Below are positions 35,549 through 48,529 of a stretch of 64,000 nucleotides of DNA, one piece after another. The position numbers and the translations under genes are program-made. A model generated the notes under the pieces. It saw nothing but the letters and a program-made list of their open reading frames with translations, made no database searches and had not been told where the DNA came from. Origin of the DNA: Psammoneis japonica (taxonomy: Eukaryota); contig QPGO01000052.1 of NCBI GenBank assembly GCA_008632985.1, positions 372,001 to 436,000 on the forward strand, written 5' to 3'. Positions within the stretch are counted from its first letter, which is position 1, and the number at the start of each line of letters is the position of its first letter.

Positions 35549-35639
35549 CAGTTACTCGAATCCCATCCAAACTGACGTGGTCGATGCCCTCTCGCTGTTC
35601 GCGCACCGAAGTGCAGGAGGTGTTCCAACTTACTGTAAA

Positions 35640-38600
35640 AACCCATGACATTTTTTGTGATTTCGCTGCTGTTTGTGCTGCACTTGATTCTCATAACTTG
35701 CCTGCTTTAACTTTGCTCATTCTTGACAGATTGAAGAGCATCGGACACCCCCTGGTTGTGAGAAATTGATGCAGCAACTCCTTCCTGCTGACACCTTGTC
35801 AAAAGCAACCTTGTTTCACTTTGCTGCCGCTGCTGCTGCACTCTGCAAAAGTGTGCAATGCACGCAAGTTCTCCCAAACAACTGCACCTCTGATTGCTGC
35901 TCACATTTCTCTTTTGTAATTGTGCTGTAAATCTGGTGCTGCAACCGCCACACTTTGGAAAAGCTGAGAAAAATCCGGCAGAGATGAGGCTGCTCTTGCC
36001 TCAAAATGTTTTGAGCAACTGCCAGGGTTGCTGACTGCAGCAGCACCCTCTGCCACAGGTCTCATCTCAAGTGGTGTCATTGGCATCTCAAGCAGCAATG
36101 TTGCGCCCCAAGTTGTGTCTCACATCTCATCTTTTTGCCTTGACAGGAGGTGCCATCTCATCTTGAGTGGTGTCATTGTGCATTTTCTCTCATTGAGTTG
36201 CATCATCTTGTCTCATCTTGAATTGCATCATCTTTGTGAGGCAGCGCCATCATCTTTTCTCAAGTCATGTTGTCTTGTCTCATGGTGTCGGCCTTCTTGT
36301 CACATTTCAAGTTGAGCCATCTCTTCTTGAGTGACACCAACTCTGCTGCAGGTCTTGTGTTTTGAGTGCATTGTCTTTTCTCAAGTCATTTCAATTCTGC
36401 TGCAGGTCTCATCTTAAAATGTGTGATCTTTTCTTGGCACTGGTGCCATTGCATGTCATCTACTCTTGAATGCACTGTCCTGTCTGGAGCCATCTTCTGC
36501 AGTCCTGAGTTGCACCATCTCTTCTCAAGTCATGCCACCAGGCACAGCTGGCAGCCCTGTTTGGATCTGCTGCAGCTCCTGCTGCTGTTCTTTGGAACTG
36601 CAACGGCAAGTTACACCTCCATGTAAATTTGAAGGCCAAACACTTTGTGGTGCTTGTCGTGAGTGAAAAATCTCCTTTTTCTTGTTGTTTGGCAATGTTG
36701 TGCATTGTGGGACAGTGTGCTGGTTGGAGTCAACAGGACAATGTCTGTGCTGCTTCAATGTGCCCCACAACACAAGAGCTGTGGCCACAGCAACTCTGCA
36801 CTCATGTCTGTGCTGCTTCTTTTAGCATCTCTGCTCTCTCTCTCTCTCTCTCCACTTGGTTCTTCTGCTTGCACTGGCAAAATGGTTGTTTGTTCATCTT
36901 GTTCTTTCTTTAGAACATTTGCAAGTGTGATGCTCCCCTTTTTGACAAGGAAACAGTCTTGTTGCCTGTTTGCAAGTGTTTGCTTGCAAGCTTGGGACAG
37001 CCAAATGTTGCTGCGCTGCATTTGTGATTGCTTTTTCCACCCACCACACCACTGGACATGTGTGCTGTCTGAGTCAGACCAGCAAGTGGGGGCACTGGCA
37101 AAGGGTTGTCCAGCAGAGTTGTTGCCCTCCTTGTTTGTGGCAATGTGACTTCCACTTCCATCACCACAGCTCAAACATTTTCTGTCCTCCAGTTTGCTTT
37201 GCACTTGATTTTTTTTGGAGTGACATGGCTGCCCTCTTTTCTTCTGCTGCTGGTGGCTGGCCAAGTTTTTTCAAAAGTCTGCATCAGTCTAAATGTGCCA
37301 AATTCTTCATCATTGCTGACACTTGTGTTGTCTTCCATTTGTTGCAATGGCCCCACAGCATTGAGGGAGAAGCTTCAGAAACGCTGTCACACAGCCTGCT
37401 TTCCACTTGAACAAAGCGGCCAAGTCCAGTTGTTGAAGAGCTTCATTTCATCTGGGTGGGCCATGTGAAGGAGATGCCCTTTCAGCTTCATTTGTCTTGC
37501 TGTGCTGGCAATGGCACATCCTCATTGAGCTTGGGGTGAGGTTTGCTTTCTTTGACAAACTTTGCACTGCAGCCAAGGGGTCCAATTCCTGCTGCAGCAA
37601 AATTGCCACCAGTTGAAACAGCAACTGATCAACATTGTGTTCAGGAAATGGATTGCAGCCAAACAACTTCAGTGCTTGCAGATGGGCTTGGTCAACATGG
37701 GCGCATGCAGCACTGAAAAAAATGTGGAAATTCCTTCTTCTTCACTCCCGCATTGATGCTGCACCAGTGTGTGACAAGGACAAGCAAGAAGCACTCCACC
37801 CCAGTGCCAATGCCATGAGGTCAAAAGGCCACCCTCATCTTTTCTGACACATTTTCCCCAAGCTGTCAAAGTTCTGCTCAAGCTTTGATTGGTGTGTCCA
37901 TGCCTCCTTCAACAAGAGGCACGCAACAGTCAAGTTGCGGACTGCCAAAATGTCACCCCACTCTTTTTGTAAATGACAGCGGGCAAACCCAAACTTGCCT
38001 TCACCAACATGCAATTTTGGAGTGAAAGTGATCAAGAACATTCTCAGGTCTGTGATGCCACAGTGGTGTGGTGCCAGAAATTTTGTCTTTGCCACAAAGA
38101 ATCATCAAGGTCTGAATTGAGAGCAGCCCAGATCACCAAGCGACTGACCCACTTCAACAGATTGCTTGTTTTGGCATCAGCAGTGGATGATGGTGCAGCA
38201 CATTCAGTCAACCCAACTTCTGTTCAGTCTGTGGTGCATCTCATTGGAGTTGCTCTTGTCATCCCCAAAAGGATCACAAAGCCAGTGCTCTTGTCAAGTG
38301 CATGATGTGTCAACAGCAGAGTCATTCTTGTCTGCACTCTTGTCATTTTTCTGCATCCACCCCATCTGCCATGCTGCAATGCTTGTTGTGTCCTGCACAG
38401 GCATTTGCATTCTCCCAGCTGCTCTCTGTGCTGTGTTTGTGGTGTCATTTGTTTCAAGTGCACCACTGGCAGCATCTGGGTCATTTTCTGCATTCTGAAC
38501 ATCACATTTGTCATGTCTGCTGCACCCATGTGGTGTGGAGTGCTGCATCAGCTTTCTGCTTGAGTCATCTGCAGTTGCTGCTGCACTTGCTTGCAAGAAC

Positions 38601-41600
38601 TCCCATCATTGCTTTGCTTTGGCAAGCCATCAATTGACTCCAATCAGAACCTCAGTCAGTCTGTCAGCCAAGTTGTTGACAGATGTTCCAATGTCTGAAA
38701 TTTGTGCTTCAGCTGGACCACAACCTTTGCATGATCCCAGCCTGGTGTGCCATCAGCAATCTGCTCAGCTTCAATTTGAAGCCAAATGCTGGCAAAGCAC
38801 TTTGCACTGTGACCTCTTTGACAACAACAAGACTGCAGTTCCATCCAACTGTCATCTGACACCAAATGCCAACCTCTCTGCCTGCACCAACAACAAACTC
38901 AAGCACATCAGCAGCACAAACATGCTTTCTGTGCATTGACTGTGCCTTTCTCCATGGTGGCACAAGGGTGGCAATGAAGGAATTGCAGCTTCTTGCATGT
39001 GCATCTCACTTCTGCAGTCAACGTTCAAACAGAATTGCAGTGTGGTCAAGGATCAGGCACAGCACACTTCTGCAGTTCTGGAGCATGCTGCATCAGCCAC
39101 CAACTGGCACTTTGTGGCTGAACTCATCAATGCAAAGAGATCAACAAGGAGGAGTCAAGCATGGGGTGGTTCTTGGGACACCCAGCTGTTTTGCCAGCTC
39201 CATCATTTTGAATGTGCGTGCCATGCTTGCCTCAAGAGCTTGGAGTCTTGGGGGACATTCACATCTGCCAGGACAAGCTTCAGATGTTGAAAACTCTGCC
39301 TGCTCAACTGTGCAAGGAACTTGTTTGTGAGCAAAAATGCTCATTTCTATCAGGTCCAGAACTGAAGCTTTGCCATGCAGTCCCAGACTGGATGGAAAGC
39401 AAACTTGCAGGTGATTCTTCTCCTCTCTGCCTGGGTCAATTTGGTGTCCAACCTGCACACCTCTTAAGCAAGAGAAGCAATCTTGCCAGTCATGTGCTGA
39501 GAGACCAGCTGACAGTCTCAGCAACAGCCGTGAAAACCAAATGCTTTTCTCATGCCAACAAAGCTTGAGGAAGCACATTTTAAGACTTTCATCACTGCCA
39601 CATTGTGCTGCACTTTGGCTCATCAAAAAATTCTCTGACCAGAGCCCTGCCATCCCCTTTGACATGTTTCAGCACAGCAGCACTGCTGTTTGTCCTTGCC
39701 ATGTGATGCTGCTGTGAGTCAATGGCTCAATTTCTTTGTTGTTGGACTTGGCACAACAAAGCCAATTTAAGCCACAAATCCCACCAGCCAAACAATGTCA
39801 TGCCGTGCAAGGAAAACATTGTCCCCATCCTTTTTGATGCCAAAATCATTTTTGAAAATTTGAAAGAATGGTCACTCAACTCAGACTGATCAGGGTGCAG
39901 CTGAAAGCCATTTGGAAAATGTGTTTTTGAGTGTGTCCATGCTGGGACTCAAAATTGCAAACAAACTCAAACCCAACCTGCAGCTCCATTGGACCTTTGC
40001 CCAGCAACACCAGTGCTGGCCAACCCACACTTCCAGTGCACCCTGCAAGGTGTGTGGAGGAAGCCTGTCATGCACCACTTTGCAATGATGCCCACCAGCA
40101 AAACCTGGTTGAAATGAAACTGCACAAGAAGGAGATTGTTTTTTTTTTTAAATGAATGCAAAGCATGGTTCACACCATTGCAGCAGAGGACACACAGCCA
40201 TCTTTGGTGAAACAAGACCATCCTTGGGTGGAACAAGATTTGGGACAAAAGCAAACAGCTCACTGCTCTGAGGAGCAGCAAGCTTGGCAAGCCAGCAAGC
40301 AAAAGAAGAGATGTTCAGGGCTTGTGGGTGTGAAGTGGGGAGCCTTGATGACACAATGAGAAGGACATCAGCCAGAAGAAATGCTTTTCTCATGTGGAGT
40401 TGATGCCAAATCTTGCACACAAATCAATTCACTCAGAAGATGGGTGATCATCTGGCAACACCAATGGCATTTTTTTTTCCAAACAAGCACTCCCAAGCAC
40501 CACAGCAGGGGCAGCAATTTGATTGACCAGCAGGAGAAGAAGAAATCAACAAGGACCAATGGGTGTGGATGGAAGCAGTTCACAGTTTTGATGATGAGGT
40601 TGTTGGTGAGCATTTCTGAAGCATGCAGAATTTGTGCCAGATCCTGCTCAGATGTGCACTGAATCTGCAAAAGATCACCAAAAATGACAACAAGAATGTG
40701 AGCCACAAGGCTTTGATGCTGGTCATTTTCTGCTGAATGTTGTTTTGTGTGCTTTGCCAAAACAAGGGTGCACCATTGACAGAAATGGCCAAAATGGTCT
40801 TGGAGAACCCAGCAAAACACCATCTGAGAAGGCCAGGGTCATGACATCAGCACAAGAGCACATGCACAGAAACACACGTGGGGGTGCCAGCTGGTGCTGT
40901 GCTGAAAAATGCCCACCCTTGGCAGACATGGGATGTTCATCAGCCTTGGCTTGAGAGGCATTCCCACTGCACTTGCCAGGTGAGTTTGTTGAGTGAAACA
41001 GTTGGGGAACAAACATGTCAATCATGCCACCACCAGGTTTTGCAAGAGCCTCTTGTCCATCAACCGTGTCACTTGGCATGTCCAGGCATGAAAGGTTGTC
41101 CACCCAACACTGTGCAGACTTTGGTTCATTGTGATTTTTGTCAGCCTGTTTTCATCACTTTGTTATTGCATTTGGTCTTTTTTTTTTTTTTTTTTGTCAG
41201 TTGTTTTTCACACCTCTGTCATCATTGACCTTCGCTTCTGTCAGGTCATGGCCTTGCGCTGTGCCACAGAACTCTGTGCCATGCTTTCTGTTTTGATTCA
41301 TTTGTTTTGTGAACCAACTGAGCAAGCCTCATCGCTGTTCCAACAACAAACTTTTCCTTGCTTTCCTGCATTTTTCACGATTGTAGAAACATGCCAAGTT
41401 TCCATGTGTGCATGACCAAAAATGTTTTTCACCAAGTGAACCATGGCATCTCCCGACCTCACAAAGGCCGCTCGACATCCATTGCAGAGATCCATTTTGA
41501 ATTCCAAGCACATGCAACAATGCCACACCTCCATGTATGCTTGAACAAGACACACGCAGATTCAACATTTGATCTGGACCCATTCTTTGATGATCCAGAG

Positions 41601-44600
41601 CATGCTGACCCAAGAAAGATTTGCGGACTTGCTTCGAGCATGTCTTGTCAACAAGGCATTCCCACCTTGCACAGTCAATCCTGTGGACATGCAATCCATC
41701 AAAACAATGGTGGATCAAGCTCTGTTCTGCATCACAGACCCTGCCAGGCCTCATGTGATCCATTTGACGTCTGCAGCTGTGTCGCCGATGATCAAGACAA
41801 ATCTCCAGAACCATGATCAATCGACATGCATTGTCATCTCTACACAACACATTTACATGATCTGCATGTGACATGGAATTGTAGGATTGGAAGGAGTTTT
41901 CCTCAAGCCCTGCCAGCAGAAGCAACAGTCTACATCCTCATCTACAACCAGTTCAGGACCTGTGACTGTCGGTGTGAATGACTTGATCACCACCCTCAAC
42001 AAGTTTGCGTCAAGCAATGCTCCACCTTCCACTGCTTCTGGCAAGACATCTGGAAGTGCTGCAACTTCCATGGCATCAAAATGTCTCTTCAATCCCAATG
42101 CCCTGCATGCCAATGTCTGTGAATGCTGCGACCACAAAGAATTGGTGACGTTGCCTGAAGAGCTGCTTGTCCATTGTGCCATGGATCCCGCCATCACATC
42201 AACGTGTCTGATCACATCATTCTCAATGATGGAACTCTTTTTGTCATGAGCTTGACCCCTGACCAGAAAATGTTGTTCAGGAACCTCCAATCTGTCATGA
42301 CGACTCTCCCGCTGGGATGCGTGCATGGTGCCAACACTTTCAATGTCGCTCCTTCAACTTGGGATGCTGCGTGCATCCTTTGTGGTGTTTCACTGAGGAT
42401 CAAGGTGGTGAGAAGGGCTTTGAGATTGGCAATGGCAAAGATGATGACTTGCCCCAATGCATCCTTTTCAAGTTGGACATGTTCCCCAAGAACAGCAGAT
42501 GTCATCAGATTGTTGCCTCATGCTGTGGCAATGGATGCAAGGCTCTCAAGCAGATTGTCTGCAAGAACCACCTGGCATTTGATCACAAGGCTGCTGGACC
42601 AGATTCCCATCCTGCTCAATGCAATCTGTCATTGACAGACTGTCGTTTGCTCTTCAATGATTTTCTGCAGCTGCGTGCTCATGTCTTTGATGCGGACTCC
42701 ACGTTGGATGATCCACAAGAGATGACTGTCTTCATCAAGAACACTGAATGCTCCAAGTTCTTGTCTTGTGCCACCAGGCACAACGGAAGTCTCCTGCCAT
42801 GCTCAAGAAGCACAGATGCCCAGATTGTTGAGACTCCATCTGACTTCCTTCATCAATGGATGGCCCATCTCTTGCAACTCATACGAACCCTCACAACCCA
42901 TGCCGCAAATGGGATCGGAATGCTGATGATGCACGTTGCACGACTGTTGCTGTCAATGCCTTGACTGTCTTGGATTTCCCTCCCATTGAGGAGGATGCTG
43001 ACAAGACACCTGAGGATGCTGGTGCCGACAACCCCCCAGAGGACACCTTGATGCTCTTTGCAGTGATTGGATGACCTCAAGGTGCCCTCTGTGGATGAAG
43101 ACCATCTTCTCCATCATGTCCACTCGGCTTCTGTGCACAAGCTAAAGGTTGCTCCCACTGAGGCCTCCAAGAAACCATGCATTGTCTGCTCCGATGGGAA
43201 CTTGTTCCATGATTGCCCTGACCTGAACAACAATCTGTGCATCAAGGGCTTCCATGTGCATTTTTGTCAATTCTTGAAGTGGGAAGTGGCCGTGCATGCC
43301 TCTGAATTTCAAGGACCCCAAGATTCATTGCCACCTCATCAGGGATGACCTGATGCTCCGCCCAGTTCTGGTGCTCAGTCTCCAGATTTTCAATCGGGCC
43401 ATTGCAGACAGTTTCGGATCTCCAACACAGCCCATTTTCCACCCACCAAGACAAGACCAATGTCAGCAGGATGACTGTGAAAGAGGGACCAGCCATCTCG
43501 TCATCCACCACTGCACTGCCTCTTTCTTCGACAACTGATGTAGACCACACTCATGCCCCCAACTCAAGACATCTCCTGACATCACCAAGTTGTCCAATGA
43601 TGATCCTGCTCTCCCAGAGGTCACAGCAGGTGTTGATCCTGTTCCGGACTCTTTGGAACAGGGGAGGGAAGATCCAGAAGAAAATGATTTTGCCAAATTC
43701 ATTGATCTCACCTGTGACGACATGGCTGTTGAGGATGGTTTTGCCCGGTGAACTCTGTCTGTGTTGCTCCAATTGATCCACCCCATGATGTTGATCAGAT
43801 GCACAAGAATTGCTCCGCACTGCCTGTTCTGTCAACACTGTCAAGTTTGCACCAAATGAACAATGTGCTCAGCTGGATGCTGGTGCCAATGTTGCCTGTG
43901 CTGGAGACCGTGATCTCCTGCATCAATGCCAAGCATTTGCTCCCTCCAATCCATGCCCGCTTGCTGTCAATCCAGCTCTTGGACATGAAGCTGTCCCAGT
44001 TGGCTTCGGATGCCTTGCATGCCTGCGGAGAACTCCAATGGATGTGTTGAGTTTGCACATGTTGCCACCCGCCAATCCAATCTACCTTGGTTGATGAGCA
44101 ATTGCCACTCTCCAGAATGGTGCTCATTGCACGGATTGCAACATTGACTGCATCCTCAATTCCATGATCTTGGCACCTGCAAGTTTGTTGCATGACATCG
44201 ATTGCGCAAGAGTCAGGATGTCATCATTCATGGGAAATTGATCAATGGCAAATGTCACACCCACCCACTCATCCTCCCAGAATCTCATGATGAGCTGGAT
44301 GCATCAATTGAACGCCTCAGGAACAGCGACCCTTCCTTTGCTGATGAATGTGAAGCGGTCTTGGCCTGCATGGTTGAAACATGTCGTGCATGCCAACATG
44401 ATGCTCTCCGCATGGCAAGGAAGTTGATTCCCTGAGCATGTCAAGACATCCCTTTTGAGAAGTGTGCTGAGAAGAGCATCCCCATCCAATCCCTCAAGGC
44501 GACACGGAACGCCTCTCATGGCATCAACATCTTGGGCACCCCAGTGATCACCATCTCTGTCATGCTCATGAGCATGTTGACGGTGTTCCAAAGTTTGCAC

Positions 44601-47600
44601 ATGGCACATCCCCCCTTGACACTTGCCCCACTTGTGTCCAGGCTAAACAGACGAAGGAACCTGCTGGACCCGACACTGCCTTGACTGCCACCCAACCCCA
44701 CCAAGGTCTCACAGCAGACTTTTCTTTTTCTGGCCTTCTCCAAGAACTCAGAGTTGCCAAGGATTGTGTTGGGTTGAATGGTGAGAGGTGTTGGATCACC
44801 ATTTTGATCATGCAACAAAGTGTCTTGAAGGCCACCCCTTTGAATTGGATTTGCCACTTTCTGGAGGAGCACTTGCTGAAATGTCCTGACAAACATGTTT
44901 TTGTGGATCAAGGAGGTGAATTGTGCAATGATCCGGCGGTTTGGTGACTCTTTGAGGATGACTTTCATCATGTGATTTGTCCTGCTGGAAAAGACGCTTC
45001 AAACCAGAGTGGCCCAGTTAAACGGAGTCATTTGACCATTGCAAATGCCATTTGGGCAATGCTGACAGGTGCTGATTTACCCATCAAGTTTTGGCCCTGT
45101 GCTTTTCATCACTTCACTCAGATCAAGAATGCTGTGCCATCCTGAGGGCAAACTGCTGCCCTGATTGCACTTGCCACTGGTCAGAAGGATGACTTTTTTG
45201 GAACTTTTGCACATTTGGTTGTCTGTTTGGGTGTGGCTTCGAATCATCATCCAGCAAAATTCCGGGCCGTTTCACACAAAGGCATTGTCTTGGGTTGTCT
45301 TCTGGACACCACCAAGAATGTCTTGTGGTGTGACACTGAGACGTCACGTGTCAAGCTTGCCAAGCACATCAGCATGATAAGGGGATGAATGATTTGCCCC
45401 ATGATTCCATTCCCTGAATGTGGTTCACTTGGAACACACTCAGGCTGGTGCCACCTTCCCTGCTGAAACTGAAAAGACTGCCCCATGGACAGTTCCACTT
45501 TCATGGTGACTCTTTTGCCAAGACAATCATGCGCATGATGAAAGGCCCTTTCTCGGATTCTAATTTTGGAGTGTCAATGGCTGCGGATGACCCATGTCAA
45601 TGTGTTTTTGTCTCGGACATCAAACGTGGTTCCCCTGCTGCTCGTCTGTTCTTGTCCTTGAAGGTGACACACAACAAGATCAAGGGCATGTGCATTGCAT
45701 CGATTGATGGTCAACCAGTCTTTGCTCATGATGAAGCTGTCAAGCGTTTCCAACTGTTGCATGATTCTGGCAAGACACATTTTGAAATTGAACTCGTGCC
45801 AGAATGCCAAGGAACCACTTGATGACTTCAAGGCAACACCAATCCCGGTGGATTCCATTCCTGAACTTTGCAACACTGTTGGGCCTGCTGAAGGCACACC
45901 GGAGCATGCGAGAGCCTGACAACAAGCTGCTGGTTTTGGATGCCGCACTCTCCTTGGTGAGCTGTTGTGTGCTTGTGTTGTCTGTCGACTTTACATTGGC
46001 TGTGCCTGTCACTGCTCTCTCCAAGTTCTCCACTTGCCCCACAGAGGCACACTGCAATGCACTCAAGGGTGTTTGCAAGTGTCTTCGACACACCAAGCAT
46101 TGGGAATTGAACTGCAAGAAGGCCAAATGTGACTTGAGTCTCCCTGCCTGTCTGTGTCAATGCCTGAGTCCCAATCCAACCCTCCCATCATTCCCTGCTC
46201 CCAAATGTGACCATCAACTTGTTGCCTTCCTTGATGCTGCATGCAGAAATGATCTTCATAACCTGTCATTCCACAACAGGACATGCTTGCATGTTGGCTG
46301 GTGCTGCCATCTCCTTCCATTGCAAGACACAGTCGGTGACTGCTGCAAGCTCTGCGGAAGCAGAATTCTGAGCTGCTGGCACTGCTGCCAAGCATGTTCT
46401 TCACCTTTGCCATGTTTTGCATTGACCTCGGTTTTTCTCAAATGAAGCTGACTCCTTTGTGCATTGACAATGAATGACCATCAAGATCATCAATCATTCA
46501 TTCTGACCGAGCGCTCATGACATGTTGAGACTCAGTTCTTTGTGATTCAAGAATGGAAGGAGGCGGGCAAGATTGTCACCAGACATGTCCCTGGCATTGT
46601 CAACCCCAGCAATGACCTCACCAAGGCTCTTGGGTGGGTGCTCCCACCTCGACGCATGATGGGACACTGCCGTTGATGTTTTTTTCCGCAGTGGCCTCCC
46701 TGCTGTGCCATTGCCCCATCGTTTGTTGTGCATTGGGCTTGGACATGCATGGTGTCTTTTCTGGTCACTCTGTTTGCATCATCCCTGTTCTTTGGTTTGA
46801 TCTGCACTGTCTTCTGTTTTTGAGACATTGCAGATCAGGGGAGGGCGTCAGCCTGTCTGTCATGCAATGGACAGACTGTGTGTGGATGACCAGACCATTT
46901 AGACAGACGAGCAGATCTCTCTGAGATCTGCTTCTCACTTTCTCATCCACCAGCACGCGTGTCATCACAGTCCCAGTGCTCAGGGAGTCTTTCACACCTC
47001 TGTCATCATTGACCTTTGGTGTTCTGTCACAGCCAAAAAGCATTTCTTTGGTGCACAGACATGAAAGCTCATGTGCAGAGTTGCTTGGTGCATGACAATG
47101 CAACCAACTCAGCAGCAACAACATGAAGTTAGAGCAAAACTTTGCAAATGTCCTTCCACAGTTGTCTCCCCCCATGCAGTCTGCTTTGCAGCCAAGTTTT
47201 CTGTGCAGCACCTGGACAATTGTGCCAAAGCAGTGCGCTGAACACCAGCACCACCCACTGGACTGCAGAGTGTCTTGCTTCTTACAAAAAATGCAGCGCA
47301 TTGCTCTTTGTGGGCTTTGCAGCCAGCCCTTCATTCTGCACAAAAATGGGTCAAATTGGCAAACTGCTTCTTCAAACCAATTGAAGGGGTCCAAATTGTC
47401 CATTGGTGCTGCTGAGTGGGCGGGGTTGGGGGGGTGCAACACTCTGTCCTTTGCAGGTGTCACTGTGCCGGTGGAAGAAAAGATCTCTTGCTGTTTTTGT
47501 GCCAAGGAGTTTTTGTGCAGCTTCAACCCAGGCTGTGGCTTGTGACATGAGCTCCATTTTTTGCTTCTTCCAACACACTGTCATCTTCATCATCAACATT

Positions 47601-48300
47601 GCAACTCTTGTGGTCATCACTTGGCATTGGAGCTGCATGCGCTGTTTCCAGAGGAGAGGTTTTCACCCTTTTTTTGTGCCGCCATGTCCCCAAGCCTGTC
47701 CAGAGACACCAGCTTTCTGTTTTTCCAAATCCTGTGCATGCTTCTTGAGTTGCTTTTCATGGAGAGCTTCTTCTTGTTGTTTTTCCTGCCTCACCATGCT
47801 GCTGTTGTTTCGTTTTTTCACTTTCGGCCTTTGCTTTGCACACTTCTTGGCCTTTGGTGTGCTCTTGGTCTGTGATCTCTTGTGGTGCACACATGACAAC
47901 AATGTCCTCCATCCAGCATCAACCCCCCAGCAGATGACAAGCTGGCCCCAGCCCGCCAGTGCCCGCTTCCTGCTGCCATGTGTGGCAGTTGACTGCAGTG
48001 ACCGCCCTCTCGTTTCTCAGATGTCTTGGGTGCTTTTCCATGTTGACGACTGCTCGACTCCTCTGCTCTCCACTCTCTCTCTGGCTTTCTCATGAGTTGG
48101 GCTGATCAAAACCTTCGGCCCACATGAACATTGCATCCCATGGACTTCAGCATGCAATCCCTTTCATGCTCATGAGATCAAAAATGGCAAGCGACAAAAT
48201 CATTGCGTCCATCAGAAATGTCTCATTGCCCTTGTCTAGCCATGAAGCTCGACGACGCGTCCTTGTTTTCTCATCATGTCACCTGCTGAGTTGGCATTCA
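35640..48300. repeat. TpA/CpG-depleted degenerate block 4 (nested TE remnants)
   Basis: Roughly 40 TpA in ~12.6 kb by manual count; contains the decayed copia below. Confidence 0.75.
41207..47029 (+). mobile_element. Decayed Ty1/copia element of a second family (RT core deleted, 5' LTR partial)
   Basis: LTR 3' ends match (41207-41243 vs 46991-47029, both ending CTGTCA); PBS-like GGTCATGGCC at 41244; WHQHLGHP, DQGGELC, QSGPVKRSH..KFWPCAF (integrase); GCRTLLGELLCAC; AEAEF, CIDN, NPSNDLTKALG (RNase H); purine tract 46837-46845. Confidence 0.88.
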
Positions 48301-48529
48301 CGACTACCGAGCGATACATGCATGCGTACACACAGTACAGTACCGGTACGTACGTAGAATTTTTATGTAGGGCTAGCTAGAGAGAGAGATAGGGGCGGCG
48401 GCGGGACGGGATAGTCATAATTTTTGAATTTTTTTTTTGTGGCATTCTCACATTCAATCAACTGCATGCATCTGGCCTCGGCCTCGCACAAGACACAATA
48501 AGGCATTCACTCCTGCATGTTGCTTTGTG

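Noticed and set aside
41139..41149. TGTCAGCCTGT as the start of the second copia's 5' LTR
   Set aside because: Resembles the 3' LTR start, but the intervening sequence and length (105 vs 184 bp) do not agree; unresolved
41178..41195. Poly-T run as a LINE/SINE tail
   Set aside because: No element body or target-site duplication identifiable
5551..48095. Many overlapping 60-270 aa Cys/His/Gln-rich ORFs inside the depleted blocks
   Set aside because: By-product of TAA/TAG loss; almost no Tyr, overlapping in all frames, no domains outside the copia remnants
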